Assembly: GCA_039586365.1 (NCBI GenBank)
Contig: JBDHKN010000005.1
Location: 98,070-162,069, forward strand
Direction: 5' to 3'
Length of the DNA: 64,000 nt
From: Gemmatimonadota bacterium
GTDB taxonomy: Bacteria; Gemmatimonadota; Gemmatimonadetes; Gemmatimonadales; GWC2-71-9
Position 1 is the stretch's first letter. The number at the start of each line of letters is the position of its first letter. A model generated the notes under the pieces. That model saw nothing but the letters and a program-made list of their open reading frames with translations. It made no database searches and was not told the origin of the DNA. Of the stretch, positions 46,990 through 58,211 are shown piece after piece. The translations under genes and the position numbers were made by a program.

Positions 46990-49900
46990 ATGCCCACGTC
47001 TGCGGCTAAGCGGGTTGACATGCTACGAATGCTGCTCGAGGAGCGTATTCTCGTCCTGGACGGTGCGATGGGCACCATGATCCAACAGTACGACCTAAGG
47101 GAAGACGACTTCCGTGGTGAGCAGTACGCGGATCACACCACCCCCCTCAAGGGAAATAACGACCTACTGTCACTCACCAAACCAGATGTGATCGAAGCCA
47201 TCCATCGTGCATACGTGGCAGCAGGTGCGGACATCATTGAGACCAACACATTCAACGCGAATGGTGTATCCCAAGCCGACTATGGCATGGAGTCGGTGAT
47301 ACGTGAAATGAATGTCGCCGCAGCGAGGCTGGCACGGCGAGTAGTGGACGACTCCACCGTTACGGACGGCCAGGGAGCTGTCTTTGTTGCGGGGAGTATC
47401 GGCCCGACAAACAGGACTGCTTCGATATCTCCGGACGTGAATAATCCTGCATCTCGCAACATCACTTTCGATCAACTGGCGGACGCCTACTACGAGCAGG
47501 CACATGCCCTCGTCGAGGGTGGAGTCGACATCCTCCTGGTTGAGACAATCTTCGACACTCTCAACGCGAAAGCCGCCATATATGCGATTCGCAACGTGCT
47601 GCGTGACCGTGCAGTGGACATCCCCATTGTCATCTCCGGCACCATCACTGACGCAAGTGGTCGTACTCTATCGGGCCAGACCACTGAAGCTTTTTGGTAC
47701 TCCATCTGCCACACGGAGCCACTTGCAGTCGGACTCAACTGCGCGCTGGGCGCCGCCGAACTCCGACCCCATATCGAAGAACTGGCTGCGCTAGCTGACG
47801 CATACGTCAGTTGCCATCCCAACGCCGGTCTTCCGAATGAGTTTGGTGAGTACGAACAATCACCCGATGAGATGGCGGAGATCCTCGGCGAGTTCGCTAG
47901 GAGTGGGTTCCTGAACTTGGTGGGTGGCTGTTGCGGAACCACACCGGACCACACCATGGCGGTAGCCGCTGCCGTGGCTGGAGTATCACCACGTGTTGTC
48001 CCCGCCATCGAGCCACGCCTCCGTCTGAGCGGTTTAGAGCCACTCGTGATTCGACCTGATACGCTGTTCGTGAACATAGGCGAGCGAACCAATGTGACAG
48101 GTTCAAGACGGTTCGCAGAGCTGATCCAACGTGAAGACTACGAAGCCGGACTCGAGGTCGCCCGACAACAGGTAATGAACGGCGCGCAGATGATCGATGT
48201 GAACATGGATGAGGGCCTGCTTGACTCAACAGCGGCGATGGTTCGATTCCTAAATCTCGTTGCGACGGAACCCGACATCAGTAGAGTCCCCATCGTAATC
48301 GACTCCTCCGTGTGGGAGGTCATCGAGGCTGGACTCAAATGCATTCAGGGTAAAGGTGTCGTCAACTCCATAAGCCTGAAGGAGGGTGAGGCAGCATTCA
48401 TCGAAAAAGCACGACAGGTCAGACAATACGGGGCGGCTGTCATCGTCATGGCATTCGATGAGGAGGGCCAGGCTGACACTGTCGAGCGAAAGGTCGAGAT
48501 CTGCAGTCGTGCTTATCGGATCCTCACCGACCAACTAGGGTTCCCACCGCAGGACATAATACTCGACCCCAACATCTTCGCAGTTGCCACTGGAATCGAG
48601 GAACACAACCAGTACGCAATGGCTTACCTAGACGCCGTTCGGACCATCAAGGAGACGCTGCCCTACGCGCATGTCAGTGGTGGCCTCAGCAACCTTTCCT
48701 TCGCATTCCGTGGGAACAGCATTGTGAGGGAAGCAATGCATTCCGCCTTCCTCTATCATGCGGTGAATGCGGGCATGGACATGGGAATCGTCAACGCAGG
48801 GCAGTTGACCGTTTATGACGATATTCCGCAGGACCTGCTGGTCGCAGTCGAAGATGTTCTCTTCGATCGCCGACCCGACGCCACGGAGCACCTCACACAT
48901 CTAGCTACTACCGTTAGCGGCACCGTAACCAAGCAGCAGCCGGAGCTGCAATGGCGGGCAGAGTCTGTAGAGAAACGCTTGGTGCATGCCCTCGTCGACG
49001 GAATAGTCGACTTCATCGAACAGGACATAGAGGAAGCCCGGAAGCAATGTGAGCGACCAATTCAGGTCATCGAAGGACCGCTCATGGACGGGATGAATGC
49101 GGTGGGGGACCTGTTCGGTAGCGGGAAGATGTTTCTCCCCCAGGTGGTCAAGAGCGCCCGTGTAATGAAGAAGGCTGTTGCCTACCTCATTCCCTTCATC
49201 GAACAGGGCCAATCGAATGCCGGGTTACAGGACGCGCCGGCCGGGAGGTTGATCCTAGCTACGGTCAAGGGTGATGTGCATGACATTGGCAAGAATATCG
49301 TCAGCGTGGTGCTCGGCTGTAATGGTTACGAGATCATCGACCTTGGTGTAATGGTGCCAGCGAGCCGCATCCTCGATGCGGCCAAGCGGGAGCAGGCGGA
49401 CGCCATCGGATTGAGCGGTCTCATAACGCCGTCACTGGACGAGATGGTGCACGTCGCCAAAGAGCTGGAGCGACAAGAACTGGAGATTCCGCTCCTCATT
49501 GGCGGAGCCACCACCTCCCGCCTGCATACCGCTGTGAAGATAGCACCGCATTACAGCGCCCCCACGATTCACGTATCCGACGCATCTCGCAGTGTCGGCG
49601 TTGTCAGCAAGCTGTTGCGGTCCGTTGAGAGAGACAGATACGTCGATGAGATCCGCAATCAATACACTGCTCTTCGTGAATCTCACAGGGATCGGGCAAG
49701 CGAAAGGCGCTTGATAACGCTGGAAGAGGCTCGGCGCCGCAAGTTCGACTTCGACTGGGACCATTATGACCCACCGCGACCCAGACAGCTGGGGCTGCAG
49801 GTATTCAGTGACGTGCCAATCGATTCATTCGAGCGCTACATCGATTGGTCTCCCTTCTTCAGGGCCTGGGAACTCAAAGGACATCATCCCGAGATACTCG

Positions 49901-50709
49901 ACGATCCCGTCGTGGGCCCTGAGGCTCGCAGATTGTTCGATGATGCCCAGACTCTACTGCGCTCGATCGGTGAGCAGAAACTTCTTACCGCCCGTGGTGT
50001 GATTGGGCTCTTTCCAGCCAATGCGGTGGGTGACGACATAGAACTGTACCTGGACGAGACCCGCGATACGACTCTCCGGACGGTTCGCAACCTACGGCAG
50101 CAGACTGCCAAACCACTCGGACGGTTCAACCTTTGCCTCTCAGATTTTGTCGCACCCAAGGCCACGGGTATCCCTGATTACCTCGGCGCCTTTGCAGTTA
50201 CCGCGGGCATTGGTGTTCAGAATCTCTGCGAGACCTTTGAGAGAGACCATGACGACTACAATAGCATAATGAGCAAGGCTCTCGCCGATCGGTTGGCTGA
50301 GGCTTTCGCTGAGCAGCTGCACGAGCGTGTGCGCAAGGAGACCTGGGCCTACGCTACACATGAGGAGTTCACTAATGAGGAGCTAATCAGGGAGAGCTAC
50401 TTCGGCATCAGGCCAGCTCCAGGCTATCCAGCGTGTCCAGATCATACCGAGAAGCGTACGCTATTCGAGTTGCTCAATGTGACCGGAAACACCAGCATTG
50501 TGCTCACGGACAGCTACGCCATGTGGCCGGCCGCGTCAGTATGCGGCTGGTACTTCTCCCATCCCCGTTCGATGTACTTCGGCCTTGGCAAGATCAAGCG
50601 CGATCAGGTAGAAGACTATGCGCAGCGAAAGGGGCTTAGTCTCGCTGAGGTGGAGCGCTGGCTAGCTCCCAGTCTTACGTATGATCCAAGTGGAAACCCG
50701 ATCCAATGA
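46990..50709 (+). CDS. metH: cobalamin-dependent methionine synthase
   Basis: [64 protein letters not shown]. Confidence 0.97.
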   Translation: MPTSAAKRVDMLRMLLEERILVLDGAMGTMIQQYDLREDDFRGEQYADHTTPLKGNNDLLSLTKPDVIEAIHRAYVAAGADIIETNTFNANGVSQADYGMESVIREMNVAAARLARRVVDDSTVTDGQGAVFVAGSIGPTNRTASISPDVNNPASRNITFDQLADAYYEQAHALVEGGVDILLVETIFDTLNAKAAIYAIRNVLRDRAVDIPIVISGTITDASGRTLSGQTTEAFWYSICHTEPLAVGLNCALGAAELRPHIEELAALADAYVSCHPNAGLPNEFGEYEQSPDEMAEILGEFARSGFLNLVGGCCGTTPDHTMAVAAAVAGVSPRVVPAIEPRLRLSGLEPLVIRPDTLFVNIGERTNVTGSRRFAELIQREDYEAGLEVARQQVMNGAQMIDVNMDEGLLDSTAAMVRFLNLVATEPDISRVPIVIDSSVWEVIEAGLKCIQGKGVVNSISLKEGEAAFIEKARQVRQYGAAVIVMAFDEEGQADTVERKVEICSRAYRILTDQLGFPPQDIILDPNIFAVATGIEEHNQYAMAYLDAVRTIKETLPYAHVSGGLSNLSFAFRGNSIVREAMHSAFLYHAVNAGMDMGIVNAGQLTVYDDIPQDLLVAVEDVLFDRRPDATEHLTHLATTVSGTVTKQQPELQWRAESVEKRLVHALVDGIVDFIEQDIEEARKQCERPIQVIEGPLMDGMNAVGDLFGSGKMFLPQVVKSARVMKKAVAYLIPFIEQGQSNAGLQDAPAGRLILATVKGDVHDIGKNIVSVVLGCNGYEIIDLGVMVPASRILDAAKREQADAIGLSGLITPSLDEMVHVAKELERQELEIPLLIGGATTSRLHTAVKIAPHYSAPTIHVSDASRSVGVVSKLLRSVERDRYVDEIRNQYTALRESHRDRASERRLITLEEARRRKFDFDWDHYDPPRPRQLGLQVFSDVPIDSFERYIDWSPFFRAWELKGHHPEILDDPVVGPEARRLFDDAQTLLRSIGEQKLLTARGVIGLFPANAVGDDIELYLDETRDTTLRTVRNLRQQTAKPLGRFNLCLSDFVAPKATGIPDYLGAFAVTAGIGVQNLCETFERDHDDYNSIMSKALADRLAEAFAEQLHERVRKETWAYATHEEFTNEELIRESYFGIRPAPGYPACPDHTEKRTLFELLNVTGNTSIVLTDSYAMWPAASVCGWYFSHPRSMYFGLGKIKRDQVEDYAQRKGLSLAEVERWLAPSLTYDPSGNPIQ

Positions 50710-52541
50710 ACAAGCTGCTTAGCGAACTCATCGCCGATGGCCAGGTGCACGTGATAGATGGAGCCATGGGAACGATGATCTATAGCAAGGGTGTATTCGT
50801 CAACGTGTGCTACGATGAGCTGAACATCAAGGACCCAAGGCTCGTCCAATCCGTCCATGAGGAATACGTGCGTGCTGGCGCCGAAATAATCGAGACCAAC
50901 ACGTTTGGAGCCAATCCCGTCAAACTGTCCGCCTTTTCGCTCGACGCCCGCACGGAGGAGATCAATAAGGCCGCCGCTATTGTGGCCACTGCTGCCGCCA
51001 AGAGCAGGGCGTGTGTGGTTGGAGCCATTGGACCCTTGGGAATAAGGATAGAGCCCTGGGGTCCGACTGCGCGCGAGGAGGCAGTCGAGTTTTTCCGGCG
51101 ACAGGTCAGTGGACTCGTTGACGGAGGTGTAGGCGGCTTCATTCTCGAGACATTCGCTGACCCAGAGGAACTGCATGCGGCGCTTCGCGCGGTACGCGAT
51201 ATCTCCGACCTCCCCGTCATTGCTCAGATGTCATTCGGAGAGGACGGGACTACTGCATACGGCACCAGCGTGGAAACCGCAGCTCAGGCTCTCACCGAAT
51301 GGGGGGCAGACGTGATCGGCCTCAACTGTTCGGTCGGGCCAGCGGCAATGCTGGATGCGATTGAGAGAATGGTCCAGGTGACCAGCCGTCCCATCTCGGC
51401 TCTGCCGAACGCGGGCCTGCCGAGGGACGTGGGCAACCGCAAGATCTACCTCGCAGCTCCCGAATATATGGCGCGGTACGCCCGTCGAATGATCGAAGCC
51501 GGTGCCAAGTTCGTAGGCGGATGTTGTGGCACTACTCCTGCTCACATTGAGAAGATCACGGAGTTCGTGGCTGGTGCACGGCCAAGGATAGCTTCCCGCT
51601 ACGTCTCCCGACAGGACGTTGCCGCACCCAAGGGGGCCGAACCCCTGCCGCTTGCCGCCCGCTCCCGTTTGGGTCAGAAGATTGCCCTGGGTGAGTTCGT
51701 GCGCAGCGTTGAGATTCTACCGCCAAGAGGCTGGGAACCCAAAGGGATGCTGGACAAGTGCCGAATTCTCGAAGCAGCCGGTTTGGATGCTGTGAACGTT
51801 CTGGATAGCCCCCGCTCCCGAAGTAGAATGGGTGCACTGCCATCGGGTATCATCATCCAGAGTGAGTTGGGGATCGAACCAGTGGTGCACTACACCTGTC
51901 GCGACCGCAACATGCTGGGAATGCTGAGCGACCTGCTCGGCGCTGCAGCAGCCGGCTTGCGTAATCTCCTGATTGTCACCGGCGATCCGCCGAGCATGGG
52001 GACTTACGACTTCACTGGCGTGTTCGATATCGACAGTATCGGACTCACCAATGTAGTCTTCCGTCTCAATCACGGACTCGATCCCGGCGGAGACGCCATA
52101 GGGGCACCGACGCAGTTCGTCACCGGTGTAGCCGTGAATCAAAGCGCTGTCGACGCCGACCGTGAACTGCGGCGTTTCTATTGGAAGGTCGATGCGGGTG
52201 CTGAATTTGCGGTGACACAGCCGGTCTTTGATACCGGGCAACTTGAGCACTTTTTGAAGAGCATTGAGCAGTTCAACATCCCTGTCATCGCAGGCATCTG
52301 GCCGCTGAGATCGTTGCGGGATGCTGAATTCCTAGCCAATGAGGTTCCCGAAATAGTGGTGCCGCCCTCCGTCATTGCCAGAATGGCTCGGGCGCAGAAG
52401 AAGGGGGACGACTTCGCTACCACTGAGGGCATCCGAATCGCGCGCGAGGTGCTTGGGGAAATCAGGAGTTGGGTGCAAGGTGTTCAGGTCAGCGGAGCCT
52501 CTGGGCGCGTGGAGAACGCATTGGAAGTGCTTGAGGAATAG
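50706..52541 (+). CDS. bifunctional homocysteine S-methyltransferase / methylenetetrahydrofolate reductase (YitJ-type)
   Basis: [19 protein letters not shown] in the N-half; [30 protein letters not shown] in the C-half. Confidence 0.92.
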   Translation: MNKLLSELIADGQVHVIDGAMGTMIYSKGVFVNVCYDELNIKDPRLVQSVHEEYVRAGAEIIETNTFGANPVKLSAFSLDARTEEINKAAAIVATAAAKSRACVVGAIGPLGIRIEPWGPTAREEAVEFFRRQVSGLVDGGVGGFILETFADPEELHAALRAVRDISDLPVIAQMSFGEDGTTAYGTSVETAAQALTEWGADVIGLNCSVGPAAMLDAIERMVQVTSRPISALPNAGLPRDVGNRKIYLAAPEYMARYARRMIEAGAKFVGGCCGTTPAHIEKITEFVAGARPRIASRYVSRQDVAAPKGAEPLPLAARSRLGQKIALGEFVRSVEILPPRGWEPKGMLDKCRILEAAGLDAVNVLDSPRSRSRMGALPSGIIIQSELGIEPVVHYTCRDRNMLGMLSDLLGAAAAGLRNLLIVTGDPPSMGTYDFTGVFDIDSIGLTNVVFRLNHGLDPGGDAIGAPTQFVTGVAVNQSAVDADRELRRFYWKVDAGAEFAVTQPVFDTGQLEHFLKSIEQFNIPVIAGIWPLRSLRDAEFLANEVPEIVVPPSVIARMARAQKKGDDFATTEGIRIAREVLGEIRSWVQGVQVSGASGRVENALEVLEE

Positions 52542-52547
52542 GATCAG

Positions 52548-53423
52548 TTAGGTCTCGTTGAGAATTGCAAGTATCCGACGGTACCTGTCCTCCGCACTAC
52601 GGAAGCCCAGGTTACTCACATACACGTTGTTGCCCCCGACTTCACGCAGTGCACTAATTGTCCTGGCGCAGATCGCTTCTGGAGACATGCCCGAATCGAA
52701 TTCCCGAGTGATTGCCTCTGCGGGGACAGGGAAGAACTGTCCCAATTGCCTGAGAGTCTTGGGGTTGGCGCTGCGATAAAGAAACACGCCGAACACACCT
52801 GGCAGGGAGAGCCTCCGTTTCTCCAACTCTCCCACGAATTGCTCCACCGCTCTCATGTCGTGGTGCGAAACGATTTGTGTCAGGAAGAATTCGCCGGTGA
52901 AATCCTCCCGCGACATGAAATCGACCTGTTCCTCGGCGTCTCCGTGTGGATTTGCCCAGCCACCCAATTGCAGAGTACCCATTCGATGACGGATAGTCTG
53001 CCTCAGTTCGAACGCATGCGAGACACAGCGCGGAGGCCCCACCGATTTGTCCCCGCCGAGCACGGTAAGAGCTGCCACTCCTTGAGATGCGGCCCTAGCG
53101 GCATACATGAGGCAGTAGTCCAACGAGTGTTTGCAGGTCAAGAATGGAACGACTCTCGCTGGATCAACTTCGTGGGCAAGATTGGCTGTAATGTGTTGGA
53201 GGTTCTCCTCTTCTGATTGACCCACCGCGTTGTCCGTGAGAAACACGACAGTGTCTCGGCGCGTCAACTTTCGCACCGAGTGGTACATATCGATCCAAGT
53301 ATCCATGCTTTCGGAGTAGGACAGGCCACTTCGCGGCGGTCGCAACTCGACCCCGATCAGAGGGCGAGGATCCACCAGGCGATTGAGGAAGACGCTCTTC
53401 GGGATTTGGCCGGGCGTGGGCAT
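52548..53423 (-). CDS. MTHFR-like flavoprotein (divergent)
   Basis: VELRPP, LTDNAVG, PFLTCKH, LGGD, ANPH, FFLTQ follow MTHFR motif order. Confidence 0.7.
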   Translation of the reverse strand: MPTPGQIPKSVFLNRLVDPRPLIGVELRPPRSGLSYSESMDTWIDMYHSVRKLTRRDTVVFLTDNAVGQSEEENLQHITANLAHEVDPARVVPFLTCKHSLDYCLMYAARAASQGVAALTVLGGDKSVGPPRCVSHAFELRQTIRHRMGTLQLGGWANPHGDAEEQVDFMSREDFTGEFFLTQIVSHHDMRAVEQFVGELEKRRLSLPGVFGVFLYRSANPKTLRQLGQFFPVPAEAITREFDSGMSPEAICARTISALREVGGNNVYVSNLGFRSAEDRYRRILAILNET

Positions 53424-53514
53424 CTGTGGGGCTCAACATACTCACGCTCAGAACATAAGTCTACGCCAAGCGGTGACGAGTCGGGGGACAGAAATACTGA
53501 CCACGCCACGGGTC

Positions 53515-53531
53515 TAGGCGCGGATTTTGCT
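53515..53531 (+). promoter_or_regulatory. candidate sigma-54 promoter upstream of the S41 peptidase
   Basis: AGGCGCGGATTTTGCT: GG(53517)-N10-GC(53529). Confidence 0.35.
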
Positions 53532-53718
53532 GCTCTTCAATGTCTCAGCGTTTGCGCCATGAGGCCTCTGTCGGGTAAGCTTACAGGTTTGGATTTGCCC
53601 TGGCCCGGAGGTTTTCAGGCGGCCTCACTTGTTGCCTCGGATGACCTAACAAGGGAACCAGCTGCTGGACATTGGGGTTCAACGGTCGTGGGTACACTGC
53701 AACAGTTGGAGGAAGTGA

Positions 53719-55311
53719 ATGAAGGATCGACGAGTCTTCCTAGTATCGCTGATCACTTTTTTGGCGTTCGTATCAGGTGGCTGGCTCATGCAGCGACCAG
53801 TCCAGAGAAACGCCGGCACGCGCGACTCGCAGCGACTCTTCGAACAGGTGCTTGGGTATGTCGCTGACTTATACGTTGACTCCGTCGACATTTCGGATCT
53901 CTATGAGTTCGCGATCGAGGGCATGCTCGATCGGTTGAACGACCCCTACACCAACTTCCTCCGTCCACGCGAGTACCAGGAACTCAGTCTCTCCACGACT
54001 GGCAACTATGGAGGAGTTGGCATCCGGATCGAGTCGAGGGACGGATGGGTTACTATAGTGGGACCGTTGGCCGACACACCGGGAGAAAGGGCCGGCCTGA
54101 CATCTGGCGACCAGATCACGGCGATAGAAGGGAAGTCAACGGAGGGATGGACCACCGATCAGGCTGCTGCTCTCATGAGGGGCGAACCGGGTACCGACGT
54201 ACAGCTCACCGTTGTGCGGGCCGGCCTGGATCAACCTCTGCATTTCACGATCACGCGGGCTCTGATTCACGTTAACTACGTGGAAGGACAGACCTTAGTG
54301 GCCCCGGGGATCGGTTATCTGAACTTGACATCGGTGAGCCAGACCGCCCCTGGCGAGCTCAGGGAGGCCATCAACGAGCTCCGTAGCCAGGGCGCCCGGG
54401 AGTTGATTCTCGATCTACGCACCAACCCAGGTGGTGTACTCGACCAAGGCGTGGCCATCGCGGACTTGTTTTTGGATCGGGGAGATAAGGTGGTTGAGAT
54501 GAAAGGGCGCGCCGAGCGCGCTTCACAGATCTTCACCGATACGCGGCCCCAGCTGTGGCCGGACATGCCCATGATACTTCTGGTTGGACCTGGCACGGCC
54601 AGCGCTGCGGAGATTATCGCCGGTGCATTGCAGGACCACGATCGAGCACTCATTCTCGGGACCCGCACTTTCGGGAAGGGTACGGCCTATAGTCTGCTGA
54701 GGCTCACGGAGACCGAGGCTTTGACCGTCACTACCTCGCGGTGGTACACACCCAGCGGCCGTTCTATCGACCGCCGACGCTTTCGTCACCTTCCGGATCA
54801 GAATGTTGCCAGCGCGCTGCTGGCTCAGGACAGCCTTGCTCTGGATACCACAATCGCATACCGCTCTGACTCCGGCCGCATGCTCAAAGGTGGTGGCGGA
54901 ATTCAACCGGATGTGGAGGTCCTCGACACTCTGACTGCACCGGAGCAAGAGTTCGCTCAAGCTCTTGGTGCTGACGTGCCGAAATACCGCGACGCGCTCG
55001 CTCGGTATTCCCTGGATATCAAAGCGCGCAATACGATCAGCGACGAGGACTTCGTTGTGACCGACACCATGCTCCATGAGCTGCTCACGATACTCCGCCA
55101 GAAAGGTGCCACAATGCCCGATTCCACCTGGTTCGGCGCACGCGGTTTCCTGGCTGAACAGCTGGGCTTCGAGATTTCACGCTATGCCTTCGGCCGCCCA
55201 GCAGAATTGCAGCGTCGCCTCCGCCACGATACCCAGGTAGCGCACGCCATTGACCTCCTACAACGGGCAAGCACCCAAGAGGAACTCCTGGCAATTGCGC
55301 CCAGCAACTAG
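53719..55311 (+). CDS. ctpA: S41 family C-terminal processing peptidase
   Basis: LNDPYT, YGGVGI (PDZ), LDLRTNPGG, TASAAEI (Ser), TFGKG (Lys), YTPSGRSI, GGIQPD. Confidence 0.92.
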   Translation: MKDRRVFLVSLITFLAFVSGGWLMQRPVQRNAGTRDSQRLFEQVLGYVADLYVDSVDISDLYEFAIEGMLDRLNDPYTNFLRPREYQELSLSTTGNYGGVGIRIESRDGWVTIVGPLADTPGERAGLTSGDQITAIEGKSTEGWTTDQAAALMRGEPGTDVQLTVVRAGLDQPLHFTITRALIHVNYVEGQTLVAPGIGYLNLTSVSQTAPGELREAINELRSQGARELILDLRTNPGGVLDQGVAIADLFLDRGDKVVEMKGRAERASQIFTDTRPQLWPDMPMILLVGPGTASAAEIIAGALQDHDRALILGTRTFGKGTAYSLLRLTETEALTVTTSRWYTPSGRSIDRRRFRHLPDQNVASALLAQDSLALDTTIAYRSDSGRMLKGGGGIQPDVEVLDTLTAPEQEFAQALGADVPKYRDALARYSLDIKARNTISDEDFVVTDTMLHELLTILRQKGATMPDSTWFGARGFLAEQLGFEISRYAFGRPAELQRRLRHDTQVAHAIDLLQRASTQEELLAIAPSN

Positions 55312-55320
55312 CTGAACCTA

Positions 55321-55355
55321 ATGGCAGGGCTCGCAACATAGCCCTGCCATCTTCT
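55321..55355 (+). terminator. terminator-like hairpin after ctpA
   Basis: Perfect 11-bp stem ATGGCAGGGCT / AGCCCTGCCAT with an 8-nt loop; weak U-tail (CTTCT). Confidence 0.6.
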
Positions 55356-55361
55356 GGGGTA

Positions 55362-55396
55362 TTGACTTTGTATTATAAAGTACTTTATCCTTTAGT
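55362..55396 (+). promoter_or_regulatory. promoter with overlapping palindromic operator for the DUF4173 gene
   Basis: TTGACT 55362, TATCCT 55386 (18-nt spacer); ACTTT-N7-AAAGT at 55365-55381 and perfect TAAAGTACTTTA at 55376-55387. Confidence 0.6.
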
Positions 55397-55417
55397 AAAA
55401 ACTGAGGAGGTAGTCCT

Positions 55418-56890
55418 GTGTGCGCTGATACCCGACTTGCTTCCACCACCCTGGCCACCGCTGTAGTACTCGGCGTCGTCGGCGATGCCCTGCTTCGCGG
55501 CACGCCTTGGGGATTGAACTTCTACCTCTGGACCGTGGCCCTGAGCGTCGGTCTCACCCTGGTAGCGTGGGTTCGCTGGTCTGCCATCCCCAAGTTCATG
55601 TTCCTCCCTTCTCTCTTTGCACTATTCATCGCCTGGCGAGATGCCCCCTTCCTCCGCATCTGGGATACTCTCGCCGTGCTGGCTGCTCTGGCAATTGCCA
55701 TGGTGCAGGTGCATGGTGTGCGGCTGAGAGTGGCCTCTCTCTTGGATTTTCTGGCAGGAGCCCTGGTCACAGGCGTCAGCATGACAGTGGGAGCGCTGAT
55801 ATTCCTGCTCAAAGACCTCAGATGGAACGAGATCAGCTCTCACACAACAACCCAGCGCATAACTGCTGCGATCGTGGGTGTCTTGCTTTCAATACCACTC
55901 GTGTTGGTCTTTGGCTCGTTGCTCACATCCGCCGACCCTGTGTTCGACGCCCTGGCGCGTTCGGTAATCGACTGGAAATTCGAGACAATCGCATCGCACT
56001 TGACCCTTGCAGGCTTCGTCGCATGGGTCACACTGGGCTACTTGTGGGGCCTCGCATTTGGCGACCGCCCGAAGCTCGAAATCTCGGCGGACGGCAATCA
56101 CCCTAAACTCGGTATCCTAGAAGTAGGCATCCCGCTTGTGGCGCTGGTTCTTGTCTTCCTGGCTTTCTTGGTTGTGCAAGCCAGATATCTATTCGGCGGT
56201 GAGCAAACAATACAGGTCGTCACCGGACTCACCTACTCCGAGTATGCCAGGCGCGGATTCTTCGAACTCGTAGCGGCCACCGCACTGGTAGTACCGGTAC
56301 TTCTCACTGCTGACTGGATCCTGGACCGGAGGGATCACCGGGGCCAGCAAAGCTACAGGGTCATAGCTACCGTGCTGCTGGTGCTTGTCTTCCTCATGAT
56401 GGTCTCGGCAGGCCAGCGCATGCGCCTATATGTGGATGCCTATGGTCTCACGGTCGACCGATTCTATGCCACCGCATTCATGGTTTGGATAGGCTCTGTG
56501 CTACTCTGGTTCAGCATCACTGCGCTATTTCGCGACGGCAGACACTTTGGCTTCGGCATGGTGACGAGTGGATTCGCCCTCCTAGCTGGTCTCAACGTTC
56601 TCAATCCCGATGCACTTATCGCCCGAAGGAACCTCGCTCGTGTTGATCTCGGGCAATCTCGGGACGTTTCCTACCTGGCCTCGCTGAGCGCCGACGCGGT
56701 GCCTGCGTTGCTCGCAGGCTTGCGAGACCTCGACGCGCAGGACCGATGTGTCATCTGGGAGCAGATCGAGCGGCGGCGGTGGATATATAGCAAGAACGAC
56801 TGGCGGAGCTGGAACCTAGGCCGTGCGAGAGCGATCAAGGCGCTGGCACACCCCACAGTCACCAGCAGCCGGCTAAGTTGCGAACCATGA
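55418..56890 (+). CDS. DUF4173/DUF4153 family membrane protein
   Basis: LLTSADPVF, VQARYLFGG, TYSEYARRGFFEL, RMRLYVDAYGLT, NPDALIA, YLASLSADAVP, WRSWN. Confidence 0.87.
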   Translation: MCADTRLASTTLATAVVLGVVGDALLRGTPWGLNFYLWTVALSVGLTLVAWVRWSAIPKFMFLPSLFALFIAWRDAPFLRIWDTLAVLAALAIAMVQVHGVRLRVASLLDFLAGALVTGVSMTVGALIFLLKDLRWNEISSHTTTQRITAAIVGVLLSIPLVLVFGSLLTSADPVFDALARSVIDWKFETIASHLTLAGFVAWVTLGYLWGLAFGDRPKLEISADGNHPKLGILEVGIPLVALVLVFLAFLVVQARYLFGGEQTIQVVTGLTYSEYARRGFFELVAATALVVPVLLTADWILDRRDHRGQQSYRVIATVLLVLVFLMMVSAGQRMRLYVDAYGLTVDRFYATAFMVWIGSVLLWFSITALFRDGRHFGFGMVTSGFALLAGLNVLNPDALIARRNLARVDLGQSRDVSYLASLSADAVPALLAGLRDLDAQDRCVIWEQIERRRWIYSKNDWRSWNLGRARAIKALAHPTVTSSRLSCEP

Positions 56891-56897
56891 GTCTGCC

Positions 56898-58211
56898 CTA
56901 GAGCCGGCCTCTGCGCTTTAGCTCCATGTATTTCTCAACCACGGCTGAACTGGCACGATCGGCACTGACGTCAAGTACCACGGCACCAGAACGACGCATT
57001 TCCCCCAGAGCTTCGTGACGTGCTGACAGTAATGCCTCAGCGGCAGCCTTGCGATATGCGTCCCGAACCGTCCCGGGCTTGGCGTGTGCGAGTCGGTCCA
57101 ATTCCGGATTTCGGATGGTGACGACCAATGGCAAGTGCCGAGTTCTGAGCGATCCAACATGCAATAGCAATGTCTCGGAAGCAAACCGATCGATCACATC
57201 AGTGAAGAACACCGTCAACGCTCGTTTTCGACTCCTCACAGCTAGATGCCTGAAAGCGGCAGGGTAGTCCGGTTCCACCAATATGGGTTCAACAACCGCT
57301 AGTACATCCAGCACCTGTCTGAGGCCTCGCTTACCTGGTTGTGGTGGCACATAGTGAAGGATCCGGTCGGCGATTACCATGACCCCGACGTTGTCGTCGT
57401 GATGGAACGCAGCCAGCGCTAGCCAAAGTGCAGCACGGACTACATGCTCCATGCGGGCTTCACCAGCCACATCAGCTGTGATCAAACGACCCGCATCCAA
57501 CACCAGCAACACCTGCTGCCGACGTTCCTCTTCGAATTGCCGAGCAATGATCTTGTTACGCCGTGCAGTAGCCTTCCAGTCGATCTGGCGCGTGTCTTCA
57601 CCTGGCACCCACTCCCGCAGGCTCTCAAACTGGCTGCCTTCACCGAGCTGCCGAGTGGGCCTGATACCGCCCTCAGGGCGACGTGCGGCCTCCGCTATGG
57701 ATGCCTTGAGACGGGTTACCGGGAGACTCGGATACACGGTCACTGTCCACGGTAACAGCAGACGGCCCTGGCGTTGCCCCAGCCCCAACGGCCCCCTACT
57801 CCTCACAGCGAACCAACCTTCCGCCTCCTTCCCCCTCCGATTTGGCATCGCCGCAGCACTCTCAACCAGCACCGCCCCACTCTCTATGCACAGTTCTCTG
57901 GGCATCAACACTCCACCGAGGAGACGGGGGCGCGTCTCTCTCACCCAAAGTCGCGCTGGTCGCCTAGCACCATTCCTCCAAGAATATGTGAACTCAGTCG
58001 TCCGACCGACCGAGAAGACGCCCGGTGCGTTCCGCATCACTTCGATCACGCGAGGATGTACCGCTAGCGCACAGTCAATCCCGACCGCCACGAATAGGAT
58101 GGCGTCCAGCAGCAACATGAAATCGAGTGCAAGAGGTGTGAGAAAACCAGCCAAACCCACAACGGAAATGAGAGCAAAGAGAGTGAGCGCACGTGGAGTC
58201 GGAAGAATCAC
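56898..58211 (-). CDS. DUF58 domain-containing protein
   Basis: GPLGLG, FESLREWVPGED.RQIDWKATARR, LVLDAGR, ELKRRGRL. Confidence 0.9.
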   Translation of the reverse strand: MILPTPRALTLFALISVVGLAGFLTPLALDFMLLLDAILFVAVGIDCALAVHPRVIEVMRNAPGVFSVGRTTEFTYSWRNGARRPARLWVRETRPRLLGGVLMPRELCIESGAVLVESAAAMPNRRGKEAEGWFAVRSRGPLGLGQRQGRLLLPWTVTVYPSLPVTRLKASIAEAARRPEGGIRPTRQLGEGSQFESLREWVPGEDTRQIDWKATARRNKIIARQFEEERRQQVLLVLDAGRLITADVAGEARMEHVVRAALWLALAAFHHDDNVGVMVIADRILHYVPPQPGKRGLRQVLDVLAVVEPILVEPDYPAAFRHLAVRSRKRALTVFFTDVIDRFASETLLLHVGSLRTRHLPLVVTIRNPELDRLAHAKPGTVRDAYRKAAAEALLSARHEALGEMRRSGAVVLDVSADRASSAVVEKYMELKRRGRL

